Below, in pieces: positions 52,329-64,000 of a stretch of 64,000 nucleotides of DNA. The translations under genes and the position numbers were made by a program. Each line of letters begins with the position of its first letter. Positions within the stretch are counted from its first letter, which is position 1. This DNA comes from Phycisphaerae bacterium (lineage in GTDB: Bacteria > Planctomycetota > Phycisphaerae > UBA1845 > Fen-1342): positions 1-64,000 of the forward strand of contig CAXXWX010000004.1 in assembly GCA_963675745.2 (NCBI GenBank). The letters run 5' to 3'. The notes under the pieces are model-generated. The model saw nothing but the letters and a program-made list of their open reading frames with translations, had not been told where the DNA came from and ran no database searches.

Positions 52329-55300
52329 CTATCCACGTCGGGGGCGACGACGGCGCACGAGGCCGACGATGGACAGCCCCAGCCCCGCAATTGCGACCGT
52401 CGGGCACAGGCCTCCGGTAGTTGCCGGTTTGGTCGGCTCTGATCCGTCATTGGGATCAGTCGAGGCGTCGTTGGGGTCGGCAGGCGTCGTTCCGTCATTG
52501 GGCGCAGCCGGGCGATCATCCACTTCATCGCAGGCGTCGCCTATACCATCCTCGTCAACGTCCTCCTGGAGCGGATTGGCGACATCGGGACAGTTATCGC
52601 TGTTGTCGTCGACTCCGTCGTTGTCGCTATCCAGATCACACGGGTCGCCGAGCCCGTCGCCGTCCGAGTCAACCTGCACGCGTGAGGCGACATCGGGACA
52701 GTTGTCGCAAGCGTCACCGACGCCATCCCCGTCGCGGTCGGCCTGATCGGCGTTCTCTACAAGCACGCAGTTGTCACAGAGGTTACCGACGCCGTCCCCG
52801 TCCTGGTCTACCTGGGCGGGATTGTAGACGCTTGGGCAGTTGTCGTCCTCATTGAGCAGCCCGTCGTTGTCGTTGTCGCCGTCACAGGCATCGCCGGCCC
52901 CATCACGGTCGTAGTCGGTCTGTTCGGGATTGGGCACAAACGGGCAGTTGTCGCTGCGGTCGGGCACGCCGTCGTTGTCGTTATCGCTGTCGCAGACGTC
53001 TCCGAGGCCATCGTCGTCGCGGTCGGCCTGGTCGGGGTTGGCCACGGTGGGGCAGTTGTCCACTACATCCGCGAAACCATCGCCGTCACTGTCATCGTCG
53101 CACTCGTCGCCGATACCGTCCTCATCCAGGTCGGTCTGCGCGGGGTTATAGGCCAACGGGCAGATGTCCACGTCGTCCGGGACGCCGTCGTTGTCGTCAT
53201 CGGTATCGCAAACGTCACCTTCGCCGTCGTCATCGTTGTCCGCCTGGTCGGTGTTGGCGGTCAGCGGGCAGTTGTCGATGTTATCCGCAACACCGTCCGC
53301 GTCGTCGTCATCGTCGCAGGCGTCGCCCAGGCCATCCAGGTCCGTATCCACTTGAGTGGCGTTGGCGGTCAACGGGCAATTGTCGTCGGTGTCGGCGATC
53401 GTGTCGTTATCGTCATCGTCATCGCACAGGTCGCCGATACCGTCCCGTTCGTTGTCTTCCTGATTGGGATTCACAACGAGCGGGCAATTGTCGGCGGCGT
53501 TGGTTACGCCGTCGTTGTCGCTGTCGGTGTCACAGGGATCGCCGATGCCGTCGCCATCCGTATCGGATTGATCCAAGGCGGCAAAATCCGGGCAGTTGTC
53601 ACAGGCGTCGCCGATGGTGTCCCCATCGTGGTCAGTCTGATCGATGTTGCCGACGAGCGGGCAGTTATCGCAGGCGTCCCCCAGATCGTCGTTGTCGGAA
53701 TTCACCTGGTCGGCATTGGGCGTAGCGATGCAGTTATCGACATCATCGAGCACGCCGTCGTTATCCACGTCGAAGTCACACACGTCGCCTTCGCCGTCGT
53801 CATCCGCGTCCGCCTGGTCCGTATTCGCGTGCTGCGGACAGTTGTCGCAGGCGTCGCCGACAGTGTCACTATCGGTGTCGGTCTGATCCACGTTGGCGGT
53901 TTCGGGGCAGTTATCGCAGGTACTGATGATCCCGTCCCCATCGGTATCCAATGCGGGATTGTCGGCGATATCGCACTCGTCGATGATGCCGTTGCCGTTG
54001 CAGTCGCCGCACCATGGTGACCCATCGCAGTTGGCCAGATCGTTCGGATCGTGAATGTCGTTGGCATTACAGTCGGTGATGATCTGGATCCCGAGATCCT
54101 CCTCGGTAGTCACGCTGATCTGGTTCCTGACCTTGACGGTCAGTTGAATGATCGCCGGTGCCAGCGGATCGGTATCCAGTTCGTATTCATAGTGCAGTGA
54201 GTCGACGGCGGTCATCTCTGCTTCTTTCACACCGTCGATGAACAGCTCGACGCTGGTCTGCTCCCAGTAGTCCTGGACCGTGGCAGTGATGGTCACGGTG
54301 CCGTTGACGCGTGGCGGCGTGTATGAATCGTCCATCGGTGTGGCGCTGATGGTCAGCTCGACCGGTTTGTTGGGTGCGTTGTAGTTATACATGAGCTGGT
54401 CTGACTGCCCGCACGGGCCGGACGGACAATAGAAGGCGTCCATCGATACCCAGCCGGTGTGAGATTCGTAATTGACGTGGTACTTGCGACCGCCACCGAC
54501 ATCACTCCATCCGTCGCAGACGAAGGCGTGACGCTTTCCGGTTGCGTCTTCCAACCGGTAGAAGATCGGACGGTTGACATTGATCTCGTCCTTGATGTAG
54601 CCAAACCACGTATCCGGGTCCGCGGTGCCCGAGCGCGTCCGCTCCAGCGCGAAGGCGTAGAAATCGAAGTTGTCCTTGAAGCGCCCCGGTGCGTTGGCCG
54701 GCTGCGAGTCAGTGAAGCACACACCGAAATCCGCTTCCAACGCCACCGCTATCTCGTAGCACAACTCACCTACCGCATCTTTCTCGGCCTGCGAACTGCC
54801 CGTGGTCAGCTCATCCGGCATATTGGCGTAGTCGAACGGTGTGGCCAGATCCACACTGAGCGGGCCGGCGCCGGTCGAGTGTCCGGCGTCACACGAATTG
54901 TCCCCGTCCCAATTGTGATCGGTCGACGCTCCATTGCGGTTGGTCCCTTGCGCGGGCCATTCGTGGAAGCGCATGATCTGGGCCATCGAGATTGCCGCCG
55001 AACCCAGCAGCGTCCGCCCACCGTCGCCATTGGGGCACAGGGCGTTGTATGGATCGTCCTGCATCCACGTGGTGGTCAACAGCGGCCCCACCTCGGCCGC
55101 CCTCCCCGTGAGTCGCTGCTGGAACCGCTGCGGGTCGTACAGGAGCGTGTTCCACTCCTGACGATTACCGGGATCCAGCATTGGCTGACCGCGTTGCGGT
55201 TGCGGCGTATCGATGCTGCCGTATTGGTCGATGTAGGAATCGATGCGGCTCTTGAGTTCGTTGCGCAGCATGGTCTCAAAGCCTGCGGTTCCGTAAACGT

Positions 55301-55613
55301 CGAGATTGCTCGTGTCGGAGTAGGCCTTGACCGGTGGCAGTTCCATCAGCGCCGGTACGACGACATAACCGCGCGGGGCAATGTGAAAGCAGCGCCCCAC
55401 CAACCGGCCGTCAACGACGATGTCATCGAGTCCGCGCACCGTCGGCGTTGTGTCCCCGGCCCAAGCGCCATGCTGGTACACCATGAGCGTCAGCCAGTTC
55501 TGACAGACTGTCTCCATCTGGTCCAGAGTTGCCGCGTCTGCCGACGCGCGCGGCGCTGCGTGCATCACGAAACATAGCGACAGGACGACCGCGAGGATGG
55601 TGGTTGTGCGCAC
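52329..55613 (-). CDS. C10 (streptopain-like) peptidase-fold protein with propeptide, Ig-like domain, TSP3 repeats and C-terminal TM/basic anchor
   Basis: PPVKAYS propeptide; [41 protein letters not shown]; many DNCP..N.DQ.D.D.DG repeats. Confidence 0.85.
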   Translation of the reverse strand: MRTTTILAVVLSLCFVMHAAPRASADAATLDQMETVCQNWLTLMVYQHGAWAGDTTPTVRGLDDIVVDGRLVGRCFHIAPRGYVVVPALMELPPVKAYSDTSNLDVYGTAGFETMLRNELKSRIDSYIDQYGSIDTPQPQRGQPMLDPGNRQEWNTLLYDPQRFQQRLTGRAAEVGPLLTTTWMQDDPYNALCPNGDGGRTLLGSAAISMAQIMRFHEWPAQGTNRNGASTDHNWDGDNSCDAGHSTGAGPLSVDLATPFDYANMPDELTTGSSQAEKDAVGELCYEIAVALEADFGVCFTDSQPANAPGRFKDNFDFYAFALERTRSGTADPDTWFGYIKDEINVNRPIFYRLEDATGKRHAFVCDGWSDVGGGRKYHVNYESHTGWVSMDAFYCPSGPCGQSDQLMYNYNAPNKPVELTISATPMDDSYTPPRVNGTVTITATVQDYWEQTSVELFIDGVKEAEMTAVDSLHYEYELDTDPLAPAIIQLTVKVRNQISVTTEEDLGIQIITDCNANDIHDPNDLANCDGSPWCGDCNGNGIIDECDIADNPALDTDGDGIISTCDNCPETANVDQTDTDSDTVGDACDNCPQHANTDQADADDDGEGDVCDFDVDNDGVLDDVDNCIATPNADQVNSDNDDLGDACDNCPLVGNIDQTDHDGDTIGDACDNCPDFAALDQSDTDGDGIGDPCDTDSDNDGVTNAADNCPLVVNPNQEDNERDGIGDLCDDDDDNDTIADTDDNCPLTANATQVDTDLDGLGDACDDDDDADGVADNIDNCPLTANTDQADNDDDGEGDVCDTDDDNDGVPDDVDICPLAYNPAQTDLDEDGIGDECDDDSDGDGFADVVDNCPTVANPDQADRDDDGLGDVCDSDNDNDGVPDRSDNCPFVPNPEQTDYDRDGAGDACDGDNDNDGLLNEDDNCPSVYNPAQVDQDGDGVGNLCDNCVLVENADQADRDGDGVGDACDNCPDVASRVQVDSDGDGLGDPCDLDSDNDGVDDNSDNCPDVANPLQEDVDEDGIGDACDEVDDRPAAPNDGTTPADPNDASTDPNDGSEPTKPATTGGLCPTVAIAGLGLSIVGLVRRRRPRRG

Positions 55614-55960
55614 GAAATTCTCCTTTGCAACCTGGCCCGCGCCCGGACCGTTGACGGTGGGACGGCGTCAGTGCGGCACCCCCAACTGCCTCCCGCAGCT
55701 CAATATATTGGGTCGCAAACTTCGCGTCCAGACTGATCCGGCGCTGGACCGGCGTCGGGTGCAGTCTTGCGGGCGAGTTGCCCGGTGCGAAACCCGGATC
55801 TCGGCCGACAATGAGCGGACCCCCTATGATCTGTTGCCACGCGTGCTACGCGTGCTACGCGCGCCACGCTCACGCTGGTACGATGCAGCCCGCACAGACG
55901 GCCATCTGCTGGTCGAGCGCGCGCGGGACATGGCCAACCAGGGATGTGGAGATACGACGA

Positions 55961-58672
55961 ATGGCGGCAACCATCGATAGATTCGAGGCTTACACAACAC
56001 TCATTACCCAGGGCGGCCCCGTCGGCATCTATCGGCTCGCAGCACTTGAGGATGCCCGCCTGACCAGGCTCGCCACGTTGCCCTACTCGATTCGAGTCCT
56101 GCTCGAAGCCGTACTGCGCAATGTCGATGGCTTTTCCGTACTCGAAGATCACGTCAAAGCACTCGCCGCTTTCGACCCCCAAAATGTCGGCGAGCAGGAG
56201 ATACCGTTCAAACCGGCGCGCGTCGTTCTGCAAGACTTCACCGGCGTGCCGGCCCTGGTCGATCTGGCAGCCATGCGCTCGGCGATGCAGCGGCTGGGCG
56301 GCGATCCGGCTAGGATTAACCCACAAATACCCGCCGACCTGGTAATTGACCACTCGGTGCAGGTCGACCATTTCGGCAGCCCTCAGGCACTGGGGCTTAA
56401 TGCCGAGATCGAGTTCAGCCGGAATCGCGAGCGCTATGAGTTCCTCCGCTGGGGGCAGAACGCGTTCAACAGCTTCCGCGTCGTCCCCCCCGCGACGGGC
56501 ATCATTCACCAGGTAAACCTGGAGTACCTCGCACAAGTGGTCGTGCGCCGCGACGTCGGCGGGAGAACGCTGGCCCTGCCCGATACGCTGGTCGGCACCG
56601 ACAGCCACACAACCATGATCAACGGGCTCGGCGTGGTCGGCTGGGGGGTCGGCGGCATCGAGGCCGAGGCCGCCATGTTGGGCCAGCCGCTCTATATGCT
56701 CATCCCCGAGGTCATCGGATTCCGCCTCACCGGCGAGATGCCCGAGGGGGCCACAGCCACCGACCTCGTCCTGCGCGTAACCGAGTTGCTGCGGGCGCAC
56801 GGCGTTGTGGGCAAGTTCGTCGAGTTCTACGGGACCGGGCTGGCCGAACTGAGCCTGGCCGACCGGGCGACAATTGCCAACATGGCCCCGGAATATGGCG
56901 CCACGATGGGTTTCTTCCCGGTCGATGACCGCACGCTCGAATACCTGCGCCTGACCGGGCGGTCGGCCGACACGGTCGATCTGGTCGAGCGCTACTGCAA
57001 AGAGCAGGGGCTTTTCCGCACGTCCGACAGCCCGAATCCAAACTACACCGACACGCTTTCGCTCGATATCAGCACGATTGAGCCCGCTTTGGCCGGGCCC
57101 AAGCGCCCACAAGACCGCGTTGCGCTGCGCGAGATGAAGTCCACGTTCAATGCGGCGCTGGGCGCGCCGGTCAAACAGCGCGGCTTCAATCTCAGTGACG
57201 AGGACCGGCAACACACCGCGGATGTGACCATCGACGGCGTTACCAGCACGCTGCGGCATGGTTCGGTCGTCATCGCCGCTGTGACAAGCTGCACAAACAC
57301 AAGCAACCCGGCGGTAATGCTGGCGGCCGGACTGGTGGCGAAAAAGGCCGTCGAGAAGGGGCTCAAGGTCAAACCGTGGGTCAAAACCAGCCTCGCCCCC
57401 GGATCGCGGGTCGTCACGGACTATCTCGACAAGGCCGGCCTGACGACCGCGCTCGACCAACTGGGATTCCAGACGGTCGGCTACGGCTGCACGACCTGTA
57501 TCGGTAACAGCGGGCCGCTGCCCGACCCGATTCGTGACGGCATCCAGCGCGCGGGCCTGGTAGCCTCGTCGGTACTGAGCGGGAATCGCAATTTCGAGGG
57601 GCGTGTGAGCCCGCATGTCAGGGCCAATTACCTCGCCTCGCCTCCACTGGTCATCGCGTACGCGATCGCCGGCACGACCGACATCGACTTGACGACCGAG
57701 CCGCTGGCTGAGGATTCAGGCGGCAAGCCCGTCTATTTGAAGGACGTCTGGCCGACCGCGCGGGAGGTGCTGGACACGGTCGCCCGCTGCGTCACGCCGG
57801 AGATGTTCACAAAACGCTATGCAGATGTCTTCAAGGGCAGCGATCAGTGGCAACGGATTGAGGCTGGCGCTGATCCCGCCTATCAATGGCGTGACGACAG
57901 CACATATATTCAGGAGCCGCCATTCTTCAGCGATCTGAAGCGCGAGCCGGACCCGATCCAGGGCCTGGCCGGCGCTCGTTGCCTGGTCATGGTTGGTGAC
58001 AGCACGACCACCGACCACATCAGCCCCGCCGGCCCGATCGCGCCGGATTCGCCCGCGGGCGCGTATCTCCAGCAAAACGGCGTGAAACCGGCGGATTTCA
58101 ACAGCTACGGCTCACGCCGCGGCAACGATCGCGTAATGACGCGCGGCACCTTTGCCAACATCAGGCTGCGCAATCTGCTGGCGCCGGGCACGGAGGGGGG
58201 TATCACGATCCACTTGCCCAGTGGTGAGCAGATGCCGGTCTACGACGCGGCCATGAAATACCGTCAGGCCGGCACGCCGCTGATCGTGCTCGGCGGGAAG
58301 GACTACGGTATGGGCTCGAGCCGCGACTGGGCCGCCAAGGGCACGCTGCTGCTGGGCGTGCGGGCCGTGATCGCCGAGAGCTTCGAGCGCATCCACCGCA
58401 CCAACCTGGTCTGCATGGGCGTGCTGCCGCTGGAGTTCAAGGCGGGCCAGACGCGTGATTCACTGTCTCTGACCGGCCACGAGATGTTCGATATCCCTGA
58501 TCTGAACGACGATCTGCACGCGGGCCAGGAGCTGACCGTGGTGGCCAGCGACCCGGATAGTGGCCAGAGGAGCGAGTTCGTGTGCCGCTGCCGCATCGAC
58601 ACCCCGATCGAGGTGGACTACTACCGACACGGCGGCGTGCTCCAGGCGGTGCTGCGCGGGATGCTGGACTAG
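55961..58672 (+). CDS. acnA: Aconitate hydratase A
   Basis: [58 protein letters not shown]. Confidence 0.98.
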   Translation: MAATIDRFEAYTTLITQGGPVGIYRLAALEDARLTRLATLPYSIRVLLEAVLRNVDGFSVLEDHVKALAAFDPQNVGEQEIPFKPARVVLQDFTGVPALVDLAAMRSAMQRLGGDPARINPQIPADLVIDHSVQVDHFGSPQALGLNAEIEFSRNRERYEFLRWGQNAFNSFRVVPPATGIIHQVNLEYLAQVVVRRDVGGRTLALPDTLVGTDSHTTMINGLGVVGWGVGGIEAEAAMLGQPLYMLIPEVIGFRLTGEMPEGATATDLVLRVTELLRAHGVVGKFVEFYGTGLAELSLADRATIANMAPEYGATMGFFPVDDRTLEYLRLTGRSADTVDLVERYCKEQGLFRTSDSPNPNYTDTLSLDISTIEPALAGPKRPQDRVALREMKSTFNAALGAPVKQRGFNLSDEDRQHTADVTIDGVTSTLRHGSVVIAAVTSCTNTSNPAVMLAAGLVAKKAVEKGLKVKPWVKTSLAPGSRVVTDYLDKAGLTTALDQLGFQTVGYGCTTCIGNSGPLPDPIRDGIQRAGLVASSVLSGNRNFEGRVSPHVRANYLASPPLVIAYAIAGTTDIDLTTEPLAEDSGGKPVYLKDVWPTAREVLDTVARCVTPEMFTKRYADVFKGSDQWQRIEAGADPAYQWRDDSTYIQEPPFFSDLKREPDPIQGLAGARCLVMVGDSTTTDHISPAGPIAPDSPAGAYLQQNGVKPADFNSYGSRRGNDRVMTRGTFANIRLRNLLAPGTEGGITIHLPSGEQMPVYDAAMKYRQAGTPLIVLGGKDYGMGSSRDWAAKGTLLLGVRAVIAESFERIHRTNLVCMGVLPLEFKAGQTRDSLSLTGHEMFDIPDLNDDLHAGQELTVVASDPDSGQRSEFVCRCRIDTPIEVDYYRHGGVLQAVLRGMLD

Positions 58673-58976
58673 TGCCGATTTACGGGCGTTATGCACGATA
58701 AGTGGTGCGGACGGGGTTTCCGGCGCGGCCGCTCAAGCTGCCGATCCTGCGTCCCGCCCCCCTTGGCAACCGCGGATCAAACACTTATGATCCTCGGGCC
58801 TTATAGAGCGTTGCACGCCGTCTCACGTGGGTCGCCTGACCGCGGGGGGTGGTGTGTGCAGTGGACTTCAGGCGGCCGCGCCCAATGGGCGGCGTGGCTG
58901 GGAGTGGTGGCAGGTACGCGAACCTGGTCAGCGGCACGAGTGTCGCCGCGTCCGGGTCGCAGCGGAGGATCGGCTC

Positions 58977-59234
58977 GTGCCGGAATTGGCTGAAATCGAG
59001 ACCAAGGTCAAAAAGATCGTCAGTGAGCAGATGAACGTCGCCGAGGATGAGATCTCACGCGAGACCTCATTCGTTAACGATCTGAACGCCGACTCGCTCG
59101 ACACCGTCGAACTCGTCATGGAGCTCGAGGACGAGTTCGAGTTGAGTATTCCCGATGATGAGGCGGAAAAAATCCAGACCGTCGGCGAGGCGATCGACTA
59201 CATCAAGAAGCACCTAGACAGCGCCGGCTCCTAG
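58977..59234 (+). CDS. acpP: Acyl carrier protein
   Basis: [28 protein letters not shown]. Confidence 0.97.
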   Translation: MPELAEIETKVKKIVSEQMNVAEDEISRETSFVNDLNADSLDTVELVMELEDEFELSIPDDEAEKIQTVGEAIDYIKKHLDSAGS

Positions 59235-59255
59235 GCGCACTGACGGGAACGACTG

Positions 59256-60494
59256 ATGACCGATCGGCGAGTCGTCGTCACGGGTATGGGTGCAATCACT
59301 CCCGTCGGCGCTAATGTTGCGGCCACCTGGGATGCGCTGGTCTCAGGGCAGAGCGGCGTGACTACGATCACGCACTTCGATGCGACGCCATTTGACGTTC
59401 GCATCGGCGGCGAATGCCACGATTTCGACCCCTTCGAATACATGGATCAGCGGCTCCTCAAGCGGATGGACCGCTTTGCACAGTTGGCCTATGCCGCCGG
59501 CAAGGTCGCATTTGCCGACTCCGGGCTGGTGGCCGGCAGCTACGATCCGGCGCGCGCGGGCGTTGTCTCCGCCGCCGGAATCGGCGGCCTCCAGGAAATC
59601 GAAAACCAACACCGGCGTCTGCTGGACAAGGGGCCGGGCAAGGTCTCGGCCTTCACGATCCCCAAGCTGATGGCGAATGCGGTCGCCGGTCACCTGTCGA
59701 TCCTGCTTAATTTCCAGGGCGTCAATACCACGGTTGTCACCGCCTGCGCATCGGCGGGCAACGCGATGGGCGATGCTTACAAGGCGATTCGTTACAACAT
59801 CGCCGACATCGTCATGACCGGTGGCTCTGAGGCGGCGGTCACCCCGCTCGGCATCAGCGCATTTGCGGCGATGAAGGCGCTCAGCACGCGCAACGACGAT
59901 CCGCCGGCCGCCTCGCGGCCCTGGGACAAGGATCGCGACGGCTTTATCCTCGGCGAGGGAGCCGGACTGCTGGTGTTTGAGGAGTATGAACACGCCCGGG
60001 CGCGCGGCGCGCGGATTTACGCCGAGGTCCTGGGTTTCGGTGCCACGGGGGATGCCAGCGACATGGTCCAGCCTGATCCGGCGGGCAAGGGCGCCGCCCG
60101 TGCGATGCGTGCCGCGCTTGACGACGCTGGCATCAACGCCGAAGACATCGATTACATCAACGCTCACGGCACCAGCACGCCGCTGGGCGATATTGCTGAG
60201 ACTCGCGCGATCAAGGCGGTTTTCGGGCCCCATGCCAGCAAGCTGGCGATCAGCAGCACCAAGAGCTGCATCGGACATCTGCTGGGTGCCAGTGGCGGCG
60301 TCGAGGCGATCGCCACGCTGCTGACGATTCAGAACAAGACCATCCCGCCCACGATCAACCTCGATAACCCGGACGACGAGTGCGATCTCGACTACGTCCC
60401 CCACACGGCCCGCGACGCCAAGGTCAGCACCGCCATGAGCAACTCATTCGGCTTCGGCGGCCACAACGCATGCCTGGTGTTCAGGGGGGTTTAG
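59256..60494 (+). CDS. fabF: Beta-ketoacyl-ACP synthase II
   Basis: RRVVVTG, TACAS, NAHGTST, GHLLGASG, SNSFGFGGHN. Confidence 0.97.
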   Translation: MTDRRVVVTGMGAITPVGANVAATWDALVSGQSGVTTITHFDATPFDVRIGGECHDFDPFEYMDQRLLKRMDRFAQLAYAAGKVAFADSGLVAGSYDPARAGVVSAAGIGGLQEIENQHRRLLDKGPGKVSAFTIPKLMANAVAGHLSILLNFQGVNTTVVTACASAGNAMGDAYKAIRYNIADIVMTGGSEAAVTPLGISAFAAMKALSTRNDDPPAASRPWDKDRDGFILGEGAGLLVFEEYEHARARGARIYAEVLGFGATGDASDMVQPDPAGKGAARAMRAALDDAGINAEDIDYINAHGTSTPLGDIAETRAIKAVFGPHASKLAISSTKSCIGHLLGASGGVEAIATLLTIQNKTIPPTINLDNPDDECDLDYVPHTARDAKVSTAMSNSFGFGGHNACLVFRGV

Positions 60495-60514
60495 AGCATT
60501 CTCGGAAACGAACC

Positions 60515-60540
60515 GGTGTGCCACTGCTCTCGAGCAGTGC
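60515..60540. repeat. REP-like hairpin, same family as 21247-21316
   Basis: GGTGTGCCACTGCTCTCGAGCAGTGC just after fabF. Confidence 0.8.
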
Positions 60541-60637
60541 GGTTTCGATGCGCAGTTCACTGCGCGCGTGCGACGCGCAGGCGCGGCTTCTTTTGCCAGG
60601 TACCTCGGCCAGCGATGAAGCACTCTGAGCCGAGCCC

Positions 60638-61213
60638 TCACCACCCCACGCCGACGCTTACCGGGCCGATGCCTACGCCTACGCCGATGTGAACGCGGCG
60701 GTGGTGGGGTTTCTTGAACTTGATCTTTTTGTCTTTGGTTTTCAGTGGCTGGTCGGTTTCGGGGGCGTAGACCGCAGCGTGGAGACGTAGCTCGTCAGGG
60801 TCGTAAAACGAGCGTGGCGGCAGGTCGATCAGCACGCGGGCCTCGAACTCGACCTCGTGGTCGTCCACGTCACTCGGGCGATCGAGCGGAATCACGATCT
60901 CCAGCGGCTGGATTTCCACCTCGTCCAGGCGTTCCGGGTCGCCGCCGTGGCGTCGCGGTGCGGGTTGCTCCGCCAGTTGCCGGCCGTGCTCGGTGACGAA
61001 CAGCACCAGGTCCAGTGGCGGGGCCGTATTCGTGCCTTTGACCTCGACCTCATAGCGCACTTCGAGCACCCACGCCCCATCGAGCCGCAGAAGCTCGCCC
61101 TTCAACTCGTCGATCTCGATTTTCGGATGGTCGCCGCGCTCGTGGTCTTTGGCGTGGGCGAACGGGGCGGCCAGGATGGCGGCGGCGATCAGCAGGCAGA
61201 CTTTTCGGCTCAT
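60638..61213 (-). CDS. Secreted hypothetical protein
   Basis: Signal peptide (..APFAHA); C-terminal IGVGVGIGPVSVGVGW. Confidence 0.7.
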   Translation of the reverse strand: MSRKVCLLIAAAILAAPFAHAKDHERGDHPKIEIDELKGELLRLDGAWVLEVRYEVEVKGTNTAPPLDLVLFVTEHGRQLAEQPAPRRHGGDPERLDEVEIQPLEIVIPLDRPSDVDDHEVEFEARVLIDLPPRSFYDPDELRLHAAVYAPETDQPLKTKDKKIKFKKPHHRRVHIGVGVGIGPVSVGVGW

Positions 61214-61348
61214 GGGAAGCTCCACAACTCGGCTCCGTCGGTTGGTTCCGCATCGTAAGACCCGCGTGGCGCGAGTAAGTTAGTGCCGGGCAGGGTTGTT
61301 CACATGGTGCGGAGTTATCGGCGATCCACGGTCGCCACGGGGCGGCCG

Positions 61349-62629
61349 TTACGGCCTGCGTCGTGCGCGCGTAGGCAGGCCGGCCCGATGGCGCAGCGAG
61401 CCGAGCAGCAGAGCCAGCGCGATCAGCATCGCCAGATGCGCGCCATACAAGCGCGCCGTCGGCGAGAGCCACGCGAGCATGCCGACCAGCCACAACGCAA
61501 TCGCCAGCCAACCAAGCCGGCGGCGCAGGCTGCCCAGATTGCGATCGGCCGCCGCCGCCGCCAGTAGCGCCAGCGCCGGCAGTGCCCAGACCAGGTAGTA
61601 CTGGCGCAGCAGCGGCGAGCAGAGCAGCATCGCAAGTGCGTAGAGCGCTGCTTCGAGGCGTGCGCGCCGGCCCGACAGGTCGCGCAACGGACGCCGGGTG
61701 GCGGCGATCAAAGCGAGCGCGATCAAACCCAGCCCCCAGCGCGCAGCCAGCCCAGCCCGTGCCGCGCCGAGCTCAAGTGGTTGCCAGGGCGTGCGATATG
61801 GATGTTGCGGATCGAGAGTGCGGGCCGCCACGGCCGTGATTGACTGATTTCGGTGGTCGATGAAGTGCTCACGCAACTCCGGGGCGACCATCCCGCGCCC
61901 GGCGGCCCCCGCAATGTTGTGCTGCCACCACTGTTTGTGATACTCCCAGGTGCGTGCGGGACCGAACACGGCGAGGCAGGGTGCGAGGACGATCACTATC
62001 CCGAGCAGCAGAAACGCCAGTGTGGCTGTCCAGCGGCGTTTGAGCACCAACCAAATGAGAAAGACGCCCGGCAACAGCTTTATCGTCGCCGCCAGTCCGA
62101 GCAGCGCCCCGCCGCGCCACGAGCGCCCGCGCACGACCGCTTCGGCCCCGGCCAACACCAGCGCCAGAATCAGAAAGCTGAGCTGATTAAACCGCGCGGC
62201 CTCGTATACGACCGGCAGTGCCAGCAATCCCACGATCACCATCACCTGCTCGGCGGTAACATCCAGCCGTCCGGCGCGGCGCACCCAGCCCAGAAGGATC
62301 GCCAGCACCGTGCCCAGCGCGGCGACCTGCATGACAGCCCAGACGACGGCTGCCCCGCGCGGGCCCAACGCCGCCAGCGGCGCCAGCAGGATTGACACAG
62401 TTGGCAGATAAAACGGCAACTGCCGGCGATCTTCGAAGGGGCCCTCATCGATGACCGGATTCAATGCGCCGTGGTGCCAGACATACTCGGCGTCTCTGTA
62501 GAAATGGTGGAAATCAAACTCGAAGTTCAGCCCGCGCCATAGCGAGACGGCCGCCACGAGTGCCAGCAGAATGGCACACGTCAGCAGCCACCAATTGCGC
62601 CGGGCGGAATGTTCAGCGGTCTGATTCAT
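61349..62629 (-). CDS. GT87 (DUF2029) glycosyltransferase
   Basis: DFHHFY, FYLP, NQ, LAATIKLLP, NQS; multi-TM. Confidence 0.85.
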   Translation of the reverse strand: MNQTAEHSARRNWWLLTCAILLALVAAVSLWRGLNFEFDFHHFYRDAEYVWHHGALNPVIDEGPFEDRRQLPFYLPTVSILLAPLAALGPRGAAVVWAVMQVAALGTVLAILLGWVRRAGRLDVTAEQVMVIVGLLALPVVYEAARFNQLSFLILALVLAGAEAVVRGRSWRGGALLGLAATIKLLPGVFLIWLVLKRRWTATLAFLLLGIVIVLAPCLAVFGPARTWEYHKQWWQHNIAGAAGRGMVAPELREHFIDHRNQSITAVAARTLDPQHPYRTPWQPLELGAARAGLAARWGLGLIALALIAATRRPLRDLSGRRARLEAALYALAMLLCSPLLRQYYLVWALPALALLAAAAADRNLGSLRRRLGWLAIALWLVGMLAWLSPTARLYGAHLAMLIALALLLGSLRHRAGLPTRARRRP

Positions 62630-62677
62630 CCGGGTAGTATCTTGTCCACGGTGGCTCGGGCATCTCGCCCGAGGTTA

Positions 62678-64000
62678 TCACAGGCGCGACGCCTGTGCCA
62701 CGTCGGGTTGCGGCAGCGCGCCCGGATCACGGCGCAGCCACAGCAGCACGCCGATGACCGGTACACCCAGGAGGAACGTGCCCGCCAGCAATGTGCCGCG
62801 GGCTTCCACCGGTTCCAAGGCATCGAAATTGTGCAGCAGCAGCAGCGTGATGTGCAGGCCCACCAACAGCGCCAGACACCCGCCGGTCAACCGTGCCCAC
62901 CAACCGCGGTGACGGGCGTAGTGCAGGCCCGCCGCCAGCAGCGACAATGCAGGAAACGCCAGGATCACGTGATACCGCCGCATCACCGGCATAAGCCAGA
63001 GCATCGCCAACAGGAACAGTGCCCATTCAAAACGCATCTGCCAGACGCTCAGCTTGCGCGCGGGCCGGCGTGCCAGCCATATCAGCCCCGCCACGCAGAG
63101 TCCGGTCAAAACCGAGTGCAGCGTTGCCAGTGCCGGTAGTGGTAGATTGGCAACGTTGAAGTACTGCGGTTTTTCGTCCAGATGCGGCCAGCGCGGATCG
63201 TTCTCGAAGCGCGTTGCGTAGCTCGTGCGGTGGAGCCAACGGGTCAGCACGGCGCCCGTGGCCTGGTTGCGCCAATCCATCTCGCGCTGTTCCAGAATAA
63301 GTGCCCGCTGTGAGCTGCCCACCGCGCTGCGACGCACCCAACTGGTGTACTGTGCGGCGGCTCTTTCCGGCCCGAAGACAATCGTGTCGCTGACCGGGCC
63401 GGCCACGATGATGGTCAGCACCGCGATTGCGACAACCCGGAACTCCCGCTTGAGCGCGTACCAGATCACCAGCAGGGCCGGAGTGAGTTTCAGCAGCACC
63501 GCCAAGCCGATCCACAAGCCGGCGGCGTCGCGGTGGCCCTGCCGCCAGTGTACAAAGCTCGCCACGATAAGTAGCAGTGTCAGGTTGTTGATCTGGTTCA
63601 GGCGAAACTCCCAGGACCACGCCGATACCAGTATCAGGAACGGCACCAATTGCACCACCATCCAATCCTGCTTCGGCAGGTCCATCAGGTGTTGCCCGAC
63701 GACTCGCAGCGTGGTCAGCATCATCAGGACGTTGAGGCACAACCAGACGATGCCCGCCACTTGCGGCGGCAGCAGTGCCGGTATGGTCATCATCCGCGAG
63801 ACGAACGGGAGATACCACTCGATGGTTCCCCGGCGCTCGATACCTCCGCCGGGGACGCGTTCGATACCTCGATCCAGGCTGCCGCGCTCCAGCAGTGTCG
63901 CGCCGCCCTTGTAGAAGTACTCGAAATCCGGCTGAACTTCGCGCGCGGCCGGCAATCCCGCCATGAACATGTTCAACGCGGCCAGGGCGAAAAACACCCC
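62678..64000 (-). CDS. GT87 (DUF2029) glycosyltransferase (5' end outside the window)
   Basis: DFEYFY, WYLP, NQIN, LAVLLKLTP, NQA; multi-TM; paralogue of the neighbour. Confidence 0.85.
   Translation of the reverse strand, partial: GVFFALAALNMFMAGLPAAREVQPDFEYFYKGGATLLERGSLDRGIERVPGGGIERRGTIEWYLPFVSRMMTIPALLPPQVAGIVWLCLNVLMMLTTLRVVGQHLMDLPKQDWMVVQLVPFLILVSAWSWEFRLNQINNLTLLLIVASFVHWRQGHRDAAGLWIGLAVLLKLTPALLVIWYALKREFRVVAIAVLTIIVAGPVSDTIVFGPERAAAQYTSWVRRSAVGSSQRALILEQREMDWRNQATGAVLTRWLHRTSYATRFENDPRWPHLDEKPQYFNVANLPLPALATLHSVLTGLCVAGLIWLARRPARKLSVWQMRFEWALFLLAMLWLMPVMRRYHVILAFPALSLLAAGLHYARHRGWWARLTGGCLALLVGLHITLLLLHNFDALEPVEARGTLLAGTFLLGVPVIGVLLWLRRDPGALPQPDVAQASRL

Noticed and set aside
55700..57616. 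638-aa minus-strand ORF and similar long antisense ORFs elsewhere
   Set aside because: Shadow frames of real genes (here acnA), common in high-GC DNA

Overview
GC-rich bacterial DNA, most likely from a Planctomycetota (Phycisphaerae-like) genome. This is inferred from the prepilin/H-X9-DG proteins, Ser/Thr kinases with Cys-rich zinc ribbons, and many secreted proteins ending in a dockerin-like '[16 protein letters not shown]' domain. The main result is a co-oriented locus at about 381-11022 that looks like a bacterial ESCRT-like membrane-remodelling system. It encodes three ESCRT-III/Snf7-like coiled-coil proteins: one is fused to a nuclease-like fold plus winged helix, and one carries a C-terminal MIM1-like motif. 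It also encodes a MIT-like-domain Vps4-like AAA+ ATPase, a Ser/Thr kinase with a double zinc ribbon, two small zinc-ribbon membrane proteins, and an SPFH-like/beta-propeller protein. An AAA_21 ATPase plus DUF4276 pair interrupts the locus. The rest of the window holds prepilin-type proteins, a B12 radical SAM enzyme, a glycosylation cluster (GT2, wecB, GT4, GT-C), five secreted proteins sharing the dockerin-like tail, flotillin/NfeD, ALDH7, a second kinase, a C10-peptidase-like protein with Ser at the catalytic Cys position, acnA, acpP-fabF and two GT87 genes. Several REP-like palindromes occur, one pair inside a coding sequence. Many single-base frameshifts, densest in the first 10 kb, are probably sequencing errors. 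No rRNA, tRNA or CRISPR array was seen. All family calls come from motif recognition by eye, not database searches.
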